The position numbers and the translations under genes were made by a program. Shown one piece after another: positions 51,120 to 61,188 of a DNA stretch of 64,000 bases; within the stretch, counting starts at the first letter, position 1, and each line of letters opens with the position of its first letter. This stretch comes from Gammaproteobacteria bacterium. Its GTDB lineage: Bacteria; Pseudomonadota; Gammaproteobacteria; UBA5861. The stretch covers positions 1,868 to 65,867 of the forward strand of contig JAKSCV010000022.1 in NCBI GenBank assembly GCA_022360445.1, written 5' to 3'. The notes beneath the pieces were generated by a model. That model made no database searches. It was not told the DNA's origin and saw nothing but the letters and a program-made list of their open reading frames with translations.

Positions 51120-52496
51120 ATGTATACCTATTTATTGCGCCGATGCTTGTTTATGATCCCAACCTTGCTGGGGATCACGCTGGTGGTTTTTTCTGTAATG
51201 GCATTCTCCCCAGGTGGTCTCTCTGCCCAGAGCCTGGTTGATGATCAAAACCTGGAGCCGCAGGCTAAAAAAGCGTTGCAGGATTATTATAACCGTCGCT
51301 ATGGCCTGGATTTACCCGCGCCACTTCAGTATTTACGTTGGTTGAATAATGTGTCACCCATTGGTTTCGTTATTGACGAAAATGGCCACACACAACAGTT
51401 TTCGCTTTGGAAGGGCTCTGATCTTGGCACTAGCTTTCGCTATGGTCGGCCGGTATCTGAACTCTTAAAAGAGCGCGTACCGATCACTCTATTGCTCAAT
51501 ATCATCACAATTCCGCTCATTTACATTGTCGCGATTGCCATTGGTGTGCGCGCGGCTACTGAGCGAGGTAGCACGTTTGATATGAGCGCCAGCGCCATTA
51601 TGCTGGCTTTGTGGTCAATCCCGACGATGCTCGCAGGTATTTTACTGATTGGTTTTTTTGCCAGTAACCAATATTGGCCTTGGTTCCCCGCTGGGGGGTT
51701 GAGTCAAAGAGAAGCATTGATGATGCCTTTTTTACCTCACTGGGAACACGTGAGTGATGTTGTCGTGCTTGGGCTCTCTGTATTGGCCAGTACAGCTGTG
51801 TTTGTTTTCATTAGCCGACGAGCGAGTCCGTTAATCAGAACATCAATCATGGCGTTCACAGGTGGTTTTTTAGGGGTTGTGATGGCCGCCCAAGTGAGTG
51901 ATGGACTTTTACTGAAAATTATTATGGGCAATACGCTCGCTTTTATCTTTTCGGTTGTAGGGTATACCCGTTATATCGCCTTGAGGGTACTTTTTATGGG
52001 CCTGATTGGCTTATCGTTTGGAATTACAGTAGCGATTTTTTTCCAAACGGGGGAGTTCGTACCAGGCTTCCTACTGGATCGCATCTGGCATTTGGTTTTA
52101 CCAATATTATGTCTTTCGTATAGTGGGTTTGCTTTTTTAGCCAAGTTAACCCGCTCATCAGTATTGGAAAATCTGCAAGCCGATTATGCCCGAACGGCAC
52201 GCGCCAAAGGTGTTTCGGAACACGAAATACTCTGGCGTCATGTCTTTCGAAACAGCCTGCTGCCCTTGATCACCGTATCCGCCACATTGTTGCCTGGGCT
52301 ACTGGGTGGGTCAGTGATTGTTGAGAGCCTGTTTTCTATCGAAGGGATGGGAAAGTTAGCGGTTGAAGCGGTCAAAGGCAGAGATAAGGAATTAGTGCTT
52401 TCGATCACATTGATCAGTGGTTTATTAACATTGGCTGGCTATTTAATTGCTGATATTTGTTACGCCATTGCAGACCCGCGAATAAGTTATGATTAA
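51120..52496 (+). CDS. Peptide ABC transporter permease (OppB-like)
   Basis: YLLRRCLFMIPTLLGI, DLGTSF, EAA loop DYARTARAKG, HVFRNSLLP, DPRISY. Confidence 0.92.
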   Translation: MYTYLLRRCLFMIPTLLGITLVVFSVMAFSPGGLSAQSLVDDQNLEPQAKKALQDYYNRRYGLDLPAPLQYLRWLNNVSPIGFVIDENGHTQQFSLWKGSDLGTSFRYGRPVSELLKERVPITLLLNIITIPLIYIVAIAIGVRAATERGSTFDMSASAIMLALWSIPTMLAGILLIGFFASNQYWPWFPAGGLSQREALMMPFLPHWEHVSDVVVLGLSVLASTAVFVFISRRASPLIRTSIMAFTGGFLGVVMAAQVSDGLLLKIIMGNTLAFIFSVVGYTRYIALRVLFMGLIGLSFGITVAIFFQTGEFVPGFLLDRIWHLVLPILCLSYSGFAFLAKLTRSSVLENLQADYARTARAKGVSEHEILWRHVFRNSLLPLITVSATLLPGLLGGSVIVESLFSIEGMGKLAVEAVKGRDKELVLSITLISGLLTLAGYLIADICYAIADPRISYD

Positions 52497-53670
52497 GTCT
52501 TCGTCTATGCAAAGCAGGTCCCGCTCTTATAGCACTACAGTCCTGAAAGATACGTTTCGCCGCTGGGGCGCGCGGGTTGGTTTGATATGGCTCATTTTTT
52601 TAGTGTGTATCGCCGTATTTGCACCATTTATTGCCAACAGCCATCCCATTCTGGTCAGTCATCAAGGCCAACTCTACAGTCCTTTGATGTCACATTTAAG
52701 CTTTGCAGATATCGGCATTCTTGCAGCTTTTTTTGTATCAATTTTGATTTTCAAAGTAAGATTAAAAATACATTATAAATTTTTGATAGTCATTAGTTTT
52801 TCTTTTTTTTCAGCACTAATTTTTTCTGTGTTTTCAACACCGCCAGCGCTGGTGGTTTACGAGCAATACCGTGAGCGGGAAGTGAAAGCTGAATACGATT
52901 GGGTGATCGATGCCCCAATTCCTTATTCACCCAAAGATTACCTACGAGATGAAGGAGATACGAGTTTTCAAAGCCCACTGACTGGTGAAGCGCGTACCCA
53001 CTTTTTTGGTACCGAGGAAAATGGTGCCGACGTGCTCAGCCGGATGGTGCATGCCTCGCGGATTGCTTTGGCAATCGGCTTTATTGCCACGGGTATTGCC
53101 ATGTTATTGGGGATTATTTTAGGTGGCCTGATGGGATTTTTTTCCGGCATTATTGACCTCATTGGTATGCGTCTGGTCGAAATTTTTGAGGCCATTCCCA
53201 CCTTATTTTTACTTTTGACATTTATTGCTTTTTTTGGGCGAAGTCTTTATATCATGATGATCATCATTGGGCTCACCAGCTGGCCGGGGTATGCGCGTTA
53301 CATCCGCGCCGAATTTTTGCGTCTGCGCCAACAGGACTTTGTGCAAGCGGCTATCGCGAGTGGATTACCTTTGTGGTCAGTTTTGTTCCGTCACATGCTG
53401 CCTAACGGCATCGCGCCGGTGCTCGTTGCGGCCAGCTTTGGCGTAGCTTCCGCCATTCTTGCAGAAGCAACACTCAGCTTTTTGGGTTTGGGCTTGGTGG
53501 ATGATCCTTCCTGGGGGCAGATGCTGAATCAGGCTGTTCGCTCGTCAACCTTTAATTGGTGGATGGCGGTATTCCCTGGTGGTGCTATTTTCCTAACCGT
53601 TTTTGCTTACAACCTGGTCGGTGAAGCGATGCGGGATGCGATTGACCCTTATTTGGAAAAAAATGGATGA
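52489..53670 (+). CDS. Peptide ABC transporter permease (OppC-like)
   Basis: HFFGTEENGADVLSR, RAEFLRLR, FRHMLPN, EATLSFLGLG, GEAMRDAIDP. Confidence 0.92.
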   Translation: MIKSSSMQSRSRSYSTTVLKDTFRRWGARVGLIWLIFLVCIAVFAPFIANSHPILVSHQGQLYSPLMSHLSFADIGILAAFFVSILIFKVRLKIHYKFLIVISFSFFSALIFSVFSTPPALVVYEQYREREVKAEYDWVIDAPIPYSPKDYLRDEGDTSFQSPLTGEARTHFFGTEENGADVLSRMVHASRIALAIGFIATGIAMLLGIILGGLMGFFSGIIDLIGMRLVEIFEAIPTLFLLLTFIAFFGRSLYIMMIIIGLTSWPGYARYIRAEFLRLRQQDFVQAAIASGLPLWSVLFRHMLPNGIAPVLVAASFGVASAILAEATLSFLGLGLVDDPSWGQMLNQAVRSSTFNWWMAVFPGGAIFLTVFAYNLVGEAMRDAIDPYLEKNG

Positions 53671-55319
53671 CGTTACTGGCAGTCGAAAATTTACACGTTC
53701 ATTTAAAGTGCCAAGATGAGGTCGTCAAAGCGGTTAATGGGATAAATTTTCAGATCAGCTCCGGTGAAATATTTTGTCTTGTGGGGGAGTCCGGCAGTGG
53801 GAAATCTGTTTGTGCTTTGTCATTACTCGGTTTATTGCCCAATCAGCTTATTGCTTATCGCAAGGGCAGGGCACATCTGTGTGCTACAGAAAGCTCGGCC
53901 ACAGAAGATTTGCTTGCATTAACGCCTCATCAACTTAATGGAATTCGTGGTAAACGCGTTGCCATGATTTTCCAAGAGCCGATGACGTCCTTAAACCCTG
54001 TTTTTACGATTGGTGACCAACTGACCGAAGCCCTGCAACTGGCCGATCCCGACCTTGATGATGTATCCGCGCGCCAGAGAGCCATTGAGGCTCTTGAAAG
54101 TGTACAGATACCAGAGTCCAATAAACGTATCGATCATTATCCCCACCAGTTGTCAGGCGGCCAAAGGCAACGGGTGATGATTGCCATGGCGCTCGCTTCA
54201 GAGCCGGATTTACTCATTGCTGATGAGCCAACCACGGCGCTTGATGTTACTGTGCAGGCAGGAATCATCCAACTTATGCAAAAGCTGCAAAAGCGAACAG
54301 GGATGAGTATTTTATTCATCACGCATGATTTAGCGCTGGTGTCGCAAATTGCGGATCAAATCGCAGTGATGCGTGCCGGAAAAATTGTTGAACAGGGGAC
54401 TTGTAATGCGGTGTTAATGTGTCCAACACACGAATATACCCGAGCCTTATTACATGCATTGCCTGAGAATTTACCGCGCCTGACCGTAAAAGAAGTACCA
54501 GGTGAAAGTAGAATCAAGAGTGCTCCTCCATTGGTTCAACTGGATAAATTACAAGTGTTTTTTCCAGTCAAGAAAGGGCTGTTTAAAAAAACTGTGGACT
54601 ACATTCGGGCAGTGGACGATATTGATCTTTCGATTAATAAGGGAGATATTTTTGCATTGGTTGGTGAGTCCGGTAGCGGGAAAAGTACGCTAGGCCGGGC
54701 TATTCTCCGATTGATTGAACCGACGGGTGGCAGTATTTACTATCAGCACCAAGCGTTAAATAAGCTGAACCGCCGTGAGATGAAGCCTTTTCGGCAACGG
54801 ATGCAGATTATTTTTCAGGATCCTGCTTCTTCGCTAAATCCGCGCTTAACTGTTGCCACAGCTTTACTTGAGCCAATGAAAATCCATGGCATCGGCAACT
54901 CTCATGACACACGCATCGACAGGGCAAAAAAGTTGCTGGACGATGTTCACATGTCAGCTGATTGTTTATGGCGTTACCCTCATGAATTCTCTGGAGGTCA
55001 GCGCCAGCGCATTGGTATTGCACGGGCACTGGCCATTAATCCCGAATTTATTGTATGCGATGAAGTGACCAGTGCGCTGGATGTTTCGGTGCAAGCGGAT
55101 ATTTTACAAATGCTGATCGAATTACGTGAGCAACATGAGCTGACGCTGCTGTTTATTTCTCACGATATTAGTGTTGTGCAGTATCTGAGTAATAAAGTTG
55201 CCGTCATGCAGAATGGAAACATTGTAGAGCAGGGGAGCACGAATGAGATTTGTAGCCAGCCTCAGTCTGGTTATACACAGTGTTTACTCAACGCCGTACC
55301 CCGGCTGACACTCGGGTAA
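53667..55319 (+). CDS. Peptide ABC transporter fused double ATPase (YejF/GsiA-like)
   Basis: Two GESGSGKS Walker A motifs, [12 protein letters not shown] and [12 protein letters not shown]. Confidence 0.93.
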   Translation: MTLLAVENLHVHLKCQDEVVKAVNGINFQISSGEIFCLVGESGSGKSVCALSLLGLLPNQLIAYRKGRAHLCATESSATEDLLALTPHQLNGIRGKRVAMIFQEPMTSLNPVFTIGDQLTEALQLADPDLDDVSARQRAIEALESVQIPESNKRIDHYPHQLSGGQRQRVMIAMALASEPDLLIADEPTTALDVTVQAGIIQLMQKLQKRTGMSILFITHDLALVSQIADQIAVMRAGKIVEQGTCNAVLMCPTHEYTRALLHALPENLPRLTVKEVPGESRIKSAPPLVQLDKLQVFFPVKKGLFKKTVDYIRAVDDIDLSINKGDIFALVGESGSGKSTLGRAILRLIEPTGGSIYYQHQALNKLNRREMKPFRQRMQIIFQDPASSLNPRLTVATALLEPMKIHGIGNSHDTRIDRAKKLLDDVHMSADCLWRYPHEFSGGQRQRIGIARALAINPEFIVCDEVTSALDVSVQADILQMLIELREQHELTLLFISHDISVVQYLSNKVAVMQNGNIVEQGSTNEICSQPQSGYTQCLLNAVPRLTLG

Positions 55320-56919
55320 CGATGAATCCGAAAAGTAGGGCGAGGAAGTCGAGTCCCAACGCGCCGCCGCTGGTACTGGTGTCCGAGGTTGTCATCGAGC
55401 CATTGGATTGCCCTGCGTTGGTCGTTTGTTCTACAACCTGGATATCAATTGTTTGTGGATCTGAAGCCAACTCATGATCAAAAACTTGAATAGTTAGGGT
55501 GTGCAGGGATGGGCCAGAGTCCAATAAACTGGCATCTGTGAGTCTCAGTTCTCCTGTTTCACTATTCAGCGTAAAGGCACCTAGTGTGTTGCCCAAAGTA
55601 ATGTCATATTGTGTAATAGCATCTTGATTCGGGTCACTGGCGTTAATTTGTCCCAGTGTTTTGTTGCTTTCTAGCTCACTTAATCCAATGATAAAAACTT
55701 GGTCTGAAGCGACGTAAGGAGGAAAATTTTCTGAATTCACCACAATGTTGGCGACAACCCGTTCCTCATTATCATCCGCATAAAAGTCGGCAATAAACGA
55801 GAGAGGGTTGCCCATTGCAGGTGCTTGAAAGGTGGCTTCAATCACCTGCCCAGTTCCCGCTGTGATATTTGTCTTTGCAACACAATTCAATTCAGATTCA
55901 AACAGCTCACAATTGATATCACCTGTGTCTGATGAGTTATTGAGAAAGGTTACATTGGAAGGGATTTGCAGTACCATCCCACTGGCTGAAAAGTCACTTA
56001 TGCCCTGGTTAGCAAATGAAAAGGTCAGTGAGAATTCACTGTGCGGTTCGACAGCCAGTGTTTCGGTCACCACGGCGGTATTAAGGCTATACCCATACAA
56101 TGTGTTAATGGAGGCAATATCATTGCCGCTCAAAGCGCTTCGCTGTCCCATGTAACCTGAAAATGAGTTCAAGCGCGAAAGCGTTGGATTACCATTTTTA
56201 GAAAATGAATAGGCACCATAGTGCATGATAGAGCCATAGTCGTATTTTCCCCAGGCTGTTGTTGCTGGTTGACTGTTAAAATTATGCTCTCTGCCACTTT
56301 TTATATTTCCCCAGTTGACTGCGACAAAACTATCGCGATCCAAACGAACATGTTCGTGATACAAGCCAACGGCATGGCCAATTTCATGAATTAAATTACC
56401 CGTTGAACAAGCTGACCCAGCCCACAAGTTTTGTTTGCCACCTTGGCGCCCAATGTAAGAAGAACAACCATCGCTTGAAATAAAGGATATGTAGTCTGGA
56501 TAGTCCGCTGCATTTTGACTGCTTCTGTAGATAAATGTTAACGGAGTTTTTTGCTCCCAATGAGAAACCGCGGCAAGAATCCTGTCAATCGTTTGTTGAC
56601 TCGTAATACTGGCACTAATCTCGTAAGGCACAACACCATCAGGCCATAGTGAATAATGGTTAGCTACACTGGTGCCGTTTGGCATGAAAAAGTTCTGAGT
56701 GCTGGAGTGACTTTTTCCGATGACAATGTCGCCTTCGAGTACGGCTAAACCGTCGATATTTTCTAAGGTCACAAGTGCAGATTGATCTGGCGCAACCGAC
56801 ACAATGGCCTGGTGTGTATTACCCTGAGCAGCATTCGGTGCATGAAGCTCATTGGCTTGTGCTGCGTGTGCCAGGAGTATGAGTAAGCAGGAAAATACTG
56901 TTCGCAGAAAATCAGTCAT
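55288..56919 (-). CDS. Secreted astacin (M12A) metalloprotease with Ig-like/cadherin domains and a GlyGly-CTERM anchor
   Basis: Signal peptide, EGDI propeptide, WPDGVVPY, GCSSYIG, HEIGHAVGLYHE zinc motif, SIMHY Met-turn, cadherin-like ASDPNQD, and C-terminal SGGALG + TM + RR. Confidence 0.9.
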   Translation of the reverse strand: MTDFLRTVFSCLLILLAHAAQANELHAPNAAQGNTHQAIVSVAPDQSALVTLENIDGLAVLEGDIVIGKSHSSTQNFFMPNGTSVANHYSLWPDGVVPYEISASITSQQTIDRILAAVSHWEQKTPLTFIYRSSQNAADYPDYISFISSDGCSSYIGRQGGKQNLWAGSACSTGNLIHEIGHAVGLYHEHVRLDRDSFVAVNWGNIKSGREHNFNSQPATTAWGKYDYGSIMHYGAYSFSKNGNPTLSRLNSFSGYMGQRSALSGNDIASINTLYGYSLNTAVVTETLAVEPHSEFSLTFSFANQGISDFSASGMVLQIPSNVTFLNNSSDTGDINCELFESELNCVAKTNITAGTGQVIEATFQAPAMGNPLSFIADFYADDNEERVVANIVVNSENFPPYVASDQVFIIGLSELESNKTLGQINASDPNQDAITQYDITLGNTLGAFTLNSETGELRLTDASLLDSGPSLHTLTIQVFDHELASDPQTIDIQVVEQTTNAGQSNGSMTTSDTSTSGGALGLDFLALLFGFIVTRVSAGVRR

Positions 56920-57107
56920 CTTTAAAGCCGTCAAATTAAGCGTAAATACACTGGCTAAAGATCCCTTTATTTTTTTGCGGAGTCACTGCCGCAGCCAACT
57001 GATCTTTAGAACGGCTTTAATTGATATTTTTTTAGTTACCGAGGGGTGTTCATAGCTAAATTAAAGAGGGTGGTCAGTTCGTTCTTATTGTTTGAGCAAA
57101 TTTCTCA

Positions 57108-57135
57108 ATTTAACATAATATATATTATGCGAAAT
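57108..57135 (-). other. dif site (XerC/XerD recombination site)
   Basis: The minus strand reads ATTTCGCATAA-TATATA-TTATGTTAAAT. The XerD arm is identical to E. coli dif (TTATGTTAAAT), the spacer is 6 bp, and the XerC arm ends in CGCATAA as in E. coli; the site is intergenic. Confidence 0.9.
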
Positions 57136-57440
57136 TATATGTGCTTGTTGGCTATGTCACAAGTTGCTGATAAGCCACCAATAATGTACTCCTTAATGGA
57201 TGAGCAGTGTCATCATAACAACAACAGCTGACGTTGATTGACCGATGAACCTACCTTAGAGATAAATTTTAAGGATTCTATTTTATTTTCAATATAAACA
57301 AATAGTTAACCGTTTGTTCCTATGGAGAAACCGGTTATCATATTTGCCTCGTGAGCGGACTAACGAAAGCAATGAATCCTTTTAATGAATCAGCCGAGCA
57401 TAGCGGAAAGCACAGATCCGAGGGCGATGATGTAAATTAA

Positions 57441-57470
57441 TTGACCCTTGCTACAAACTTTTGATAAAGT
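57441..57470 (+). promoter_or_regulatory. Sigma70-like promoter of tRNA-Val
   Basis: TTGACC-N18-TAAAGT, 13 nt upstream of the tRNA. Confidence 0.5.
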
Positions 57471-57483
57471 TCGTCACTTGCTT

Positions 57484-57560
57484 AGGCGCGTAGCTCAGCT
57501 GGTTAGAGCACCACCTTGACATGGTGGGGGTCGTTGGTTCGAATCCGATCGCGCCTACCA
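57484..57560 (+). tRNA. tRNA-Val (GAC)
   Basis: AGGCGCG/CGCGCCT acceptor stem, D-arm GCTCAGCTGGTTAGAGC, anticodon arm CCACC-TTGACAT-GGTGG, TTCGAAT T-loop, encoded 3' ACCA. Confidence 0.97.
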
Positions 57561-57605
57561 CTAAGAATTCTCTTTACTCCCCTTTTCCTAGGCTTATATC
57601 CGTCT

Positions 57606-58730
57606 TCAACTTTTCGCCCTGAGTATGTTTTTCGGGTCGTTGTAGCGGTAGTCCAAGTTGCTGGCCACGGGCTGGTTGGTCACATGGCCCTGGCAGATGT
57701 TCAAACCCGCCATTAAATGCTCGTCTTCCAGTAATGCTTTTTTCCAGCCATTATCGGCCAATGTCAAAATATGCGGCAGTGTTGCATTATTGAGCGCAAA
57801 GGTAGATGTTCTGGGTACGCCTCCGGGCATATTCGTCACGCAATAATGGACAACATCATCCACAATGTAGGTTGGCTCTGCATGCGTAGTTGGGCGTGAC
57901 GTTTCAAAACAACCACCTTGGTCGATTGCAACGTCAATAATGACTGAACCGGGTTTCATGGCTTTCACCATCTCTTTTGAGACCAGCTTAGGTGCGGCAG
58001 CGCCGGGAATCAGCACACTGCCGATGACAAGATCAGCCTCCAACACGTGTCGCTCTAAGGCCTGTTGCGTTGAAAACACGGTATTGGTGCTGCGGCCAAA
58101 TTGTTGCCAGTGCTTTTCGATAACAGACATACTTCGATCAATGATCCACACATCCGCCCCCATGCCAACAGCGATATGTGTGGCGTGTGTGCCGACGACC
58201 CCTCCTCCAATAATCACCACCTTTGCGGGATCCACACCGGGAACACCGCCGAGTAACATGCCCAGCCCACCGTGAGGGTGTTCCAGGCAATAAGCACCCG
58301 CTTGGACAGCCATTCGTCCAGCCACTTTTGACATCGGTGCTAACAAGGGCAACCCCCCTTCGGGAGATGTAACGGTTTCGTAGGCAATGCAAACGGCTTT
58401 ACTGGCAATGAGGTCACGCGTTTGTTCCGGATCAGGTGCAAGATGGAGGTAAGAAAACAGTATGTGATCTTCTCGTAAGAGCGCACATTCACTGTTCTGA
58501 GGTTCTTTGACTTTTATCACCAGCGTTCCTTCCGCGTAAGTGGTTTCTGCGTCAGGTGTAATGGTTGCTCCAGCTGCAATGTACTCTGTATCCGCTGATC
58601 CAATCCCCTCACCTGCCCCACTTTGAACATAAACCTCATGCCCATGGTGTGTGCATTCCCGAACACTTTCAGGCGTCAAACCCACACGGTATTCATGATT
58701 TTTGATTTCTTTTGGCACGCTGATTTTCAT
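57606..58730 (-). CDS. ald: Alanine dehydrogenase
   Basis: VPKEIKNHEYRVGLTP, KVKEP, LLAPMSKVAGR, GGGVVG, DVAIDQGGC, HYCVTNMPG. Confidence 0.97.
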   Translation of the reverse strand: MKISVPKEIKNHEYRVGLTPESVRECTHHGHEVYVQSGAGEGIGSADTEYIAAGATITPDAETTYAEGTLVIKVKEPQNSECALLREDHILFSYLHLAPDPEQTRDLIASKAVCIAYETVTSPEGGLPLLAPMSKVAGRMAVQAGAYCLEHPHGGLGMLLGGVPGVDPAKVVIIGGGVVGTHATHIAVGMGADVWIIDRSMSVIEKHWQQFGRSTNTVFSTQQALERHVLEADLVIGSVLIPGAAAPKLVSKEMVKAMKPGSVIIDVAIDQGGCFETSRPTTHAEPTYIVDDVVHYCVTNMPGGVPRTSTFALNNATLPHILTLADNGWKKALLEDEHLMAGLNICQGHVTNQPVASNLDYRYNDPKNILRAKS

Positions 58731-58775
58731 TGTTAACCCCTTCTTGCCCATGAGTTACTTGTCGACAGTTGTTAA

Positions 58776-59567
58776 TCAGAGGCTTCTTAAACGATCCAGC
58801 CGAAGCCTTTGCCGGTTATCAAACAGCCGCCTTGCTCCAAACCACACAGCAATTAATGAGCCAAACCCAACACCTGTCGCAATTAACAGCATGATCAAAA
58901 TTTGATATTTCACGGCATCCAGCGGGTCGGCACCGGCCATAATTTGCCCAGTCATCATCCCTGGCAATGCAACAATACCTGAAACAGCCATGGCATTGAT
59001 CGTGGGCGTTAAGGCGCTGCGTAAACTGTCTCTTTCAATGGGCAATATGGCTTCTCTGCTGGTTTTCCCGAGCATTAATTGCCCTTCAATGGCGGCTTGC
59101 TGTTGCCAGGCGTCTTCGGTCAGTCGGTCCAAGGCCAAGGAAATTCCGTTCATGGTATTACCCAGCAGCATACCTAACAAGGGAATGGCATATTGAGGGC
59201 TGTACCAGGGGGCTGGCTCTATTAACACCACCAAAGCAAAAACAGCCAGTGTTAAAGAAGAAACAAACATGGATGTCACACCCAGAGAAAAGCTCCACCC
59301 ATCGACAAATCGCCGATGCTGTCGGGAGACTATTTCATAGCCTGCCACCATAATCATGACGATGGCAATAGCGCTTACAATGAGTATATTTTGATAAGTA
59401 AACAGCGCTTTCAGCATGAACCCTACAAGCGCTAACTGGATAAACATTCGACCGGTACTCACCAATAACTGCCTTGACTGCCCAAGCCGCAAACGCATAT
59501 TTAGAAGTGCTAAAGCGAGGACTAAGGTTGAGGCCGCCGCAAGGTCAACCCACAGCAGGCTAATCAT
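58776..59567 (-). CDS. FetB/YbbM (UPF0014) ABC permease
   Basis: RMFIQLALVG, IPLLGMLLGNTMN, GIVALPGMMTGQIMAGADP, VKYQI. Confidence 0.9.
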   Translation of the reverse strand: MISLLWVDLAAASTLVLALALLNMRLRLGQSRQLLVSTGRMFIQLALVGFMLKALFTYQNILIVSAIAIVMIMVAGYEIVSRQHRRFVDGWSFSLGVTSMFVSSLTLAVFALVVLIEPAPWYSPQYAIPLLGMLLGNTMNGISLALDRLTEDAWQQQAAIEGQLMLGKTSREAILPIERDSLRSALTPTINAMAVSGIVALPGMMTGQIMAGADPLDAVKYQILIMLLIATGVGFGSLIAVWFGARRLFDNRQRLRLDRLRSL

Positions 59568-60169
59568 TTGAATGCCTTTGGCGTTAGGCGCCCTTGATTC
59601 ATAAGTAATGCCCTCCCACCCAAGCGGTTAAGTTGGTCCATATCATGGCTTACCCAAATGCAGGCTGTGTCGTATTGTTGACAATAGTGTGTCATAAAGG
59701 CCTCGATGGCCAAGGTATTGTCAGGGTCAAGATTGGATGTGGGTTCATCCAGCAGCAGAATTTTAGGCTTGAGTACCAATGCACGCATGAGCGCCAAACG
59801 TTGCTTTTCTCCACTGGACAAACGGCTGACGGGCCATTCCAGACACTGCTCCTTCAGGTGAAACGGATCCCACCAGCTGGATTCAGGCGATTGGCTGAAA
59901 TGAAGAGAAACCTCATCCGCCCACCAGGCGCTTTCTGCAGGGATTAATACAACCTCTTGACGCCAAATATGCGCTTTGATTGCGGACGACTTAACCCCTT
60001 CGAGCATGAGTGTGCCGCTGTGTGGGTCCAGGTCAGCCAGAACCCTTAATAAGCGGGACTTTCCGCTCCCTGAGGGCCCGGCAAGTGTGAGACGTTCCCG
60101 GTATTCGAGCGTCAAATCAACCGGGCCAAAATTTTCTGCTCGTAGTTCAAAGGCCTCAAGTAAGGGCAT
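59564..60169 (-). CDS. FetA/YbbL-like ABC ATP-binding protein
   Basis: GPSGSGKS, LSSGEKQR, LLLDEPTSNLD, WVSHD; overlaps the permease gene by 4 nt. Confidence 0.85.
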   Translation of the reverse strand: MPLLEAFELRAENFGPVDLTLEYRERLTLAGPSGSGKSRLLRVLADLDPHSGTLMLEGVKSSAIKAHIWRQEVVLIPAESAWWADEVSLHFSQSPESSWWDPFHLKEQCLEWPVSRLSSGEKQRLALMRALVLKPKILLLDEPTSNLDPDNTLAIEAFMTHYCQQYDTACIWVSHDMDQLNRLGGRALLMNQGRLTPKAFK

Positions 60170-60406
60170 GTGCTTGACTCATAGTAGATAGTGGACAACA
60201 GTGTGACCGACTTCATCCTATGAGAAAACATTTGTCATGCTGCTGGATGGATACCTTGCATTTTAGATCTGTGTGCTTATCGTCAAGGCAATCACAGTCT
60301 CGAGGGTTTTGGGTCTGGTAAAAGGGATAATTAAACTGGTGTCCAACGATAAAATCAAACAGGCCCCCACAATTTTAATTATCACTCGTCAGTATTTTCA
60401 CCGCTC

Positions 60407-61177
60407 TCACCGGTTCGCTTTTCTTCCAATAAATATAAAATACAAGCAGCCGACTGCCGTTAAACACCAAACAATGGTTGCCCCTGCCGGTAGGTTAAGG
60501 AAAGCTGAAACGATTAAGCCGACGATATAACCCGTAATACCGATTAAGTAGGATTTGATTAATGGGTTTTTCTGATGCAACGTGCAGAAGCTGGGAATAA
60601 TTAAGCTTGCGAAGACCAAATAGACACCGACAACTTGAGTAGACAATGTAATGGTGACTGCGAAAAATGGATAAAAAAGCCATTCTCCGACTTTTTCTTG
60701 ATTTAAAAACCACACGACTAAAATGACGACATACACAAAAAAGAGTTGCAACAGGTCGCTTGCTTGTAACCATAGAATTTGACCTGCAAGAATTTCTTTT
60801 AGACGTTCGCCCCCATGGGGGTCTGCCGATAAAATTAAGATGATTCCCGTAGCCATCAGAACAAATAGAATACCGATAAAGGCTTCTTGTACTCGTACTT
60901 GCCGTTTCCGAATGCTGTAAAGTACGATTGATCCTGCAAGCGCTGCCACGACGGCAATTATGGTAGTGGAAAAATGGTGATGGTCGCCATGCCCGTTGAC
61001 CCAGAGTGTGTTGGCCAACATAACACCAAATGCCGCAGTCTGAGCGATGGCCAAGTCCAAAAAAATAATGCCACGGAGTAAGACTTCACGCCCAAGCGGT
61101 ACATGTGTTGATAACACTAATAATCCAGCAAGCAATGCTGGCCAAAGTATTTCAGCGTGAATTAGAAGGTGCTCCAT
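60407..61177 (-). CDS. Metal ABC transporter permease (ZnuB-like)
   Basis: HVPLGREVLLRGIIFLDLAIAQ, His-rich loop GHGDHHH, GVYLVFASLIIP. Confidence 0.88.
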   Translation of the reverse strand: MEHLLIHAEILWPALLAGLLVLSTHVPLGREVLLRGIIFLDLAIAQTAAFGVMLANTLWVNGHGDHHHFSTTIIAVVAALAGSIVLYSIRKRQVRVQEAFIGILFVLMATGIILILSADPHGGERLKEILAGQILWLQASDLLQLFFVYVVILVVWFLNQEKVGEWLFYPFFAVTITLSTQVVGVYLVFASLIIPSFCTLHQKNPLIKSYLIGITGYIVGLIVSAFLNLPAGATIVWCLTAVGCLYFIFIGRKANR

Positions 61178-61188
61178 GGGTTTGGCTG

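Noticed and set aside
57484-57560. tRNA-Val as an island or prophage attachment site
   Set aside because: No integrase and no duplicated tRNA 3' end seen; the ald stop follows 45 nt downstream.
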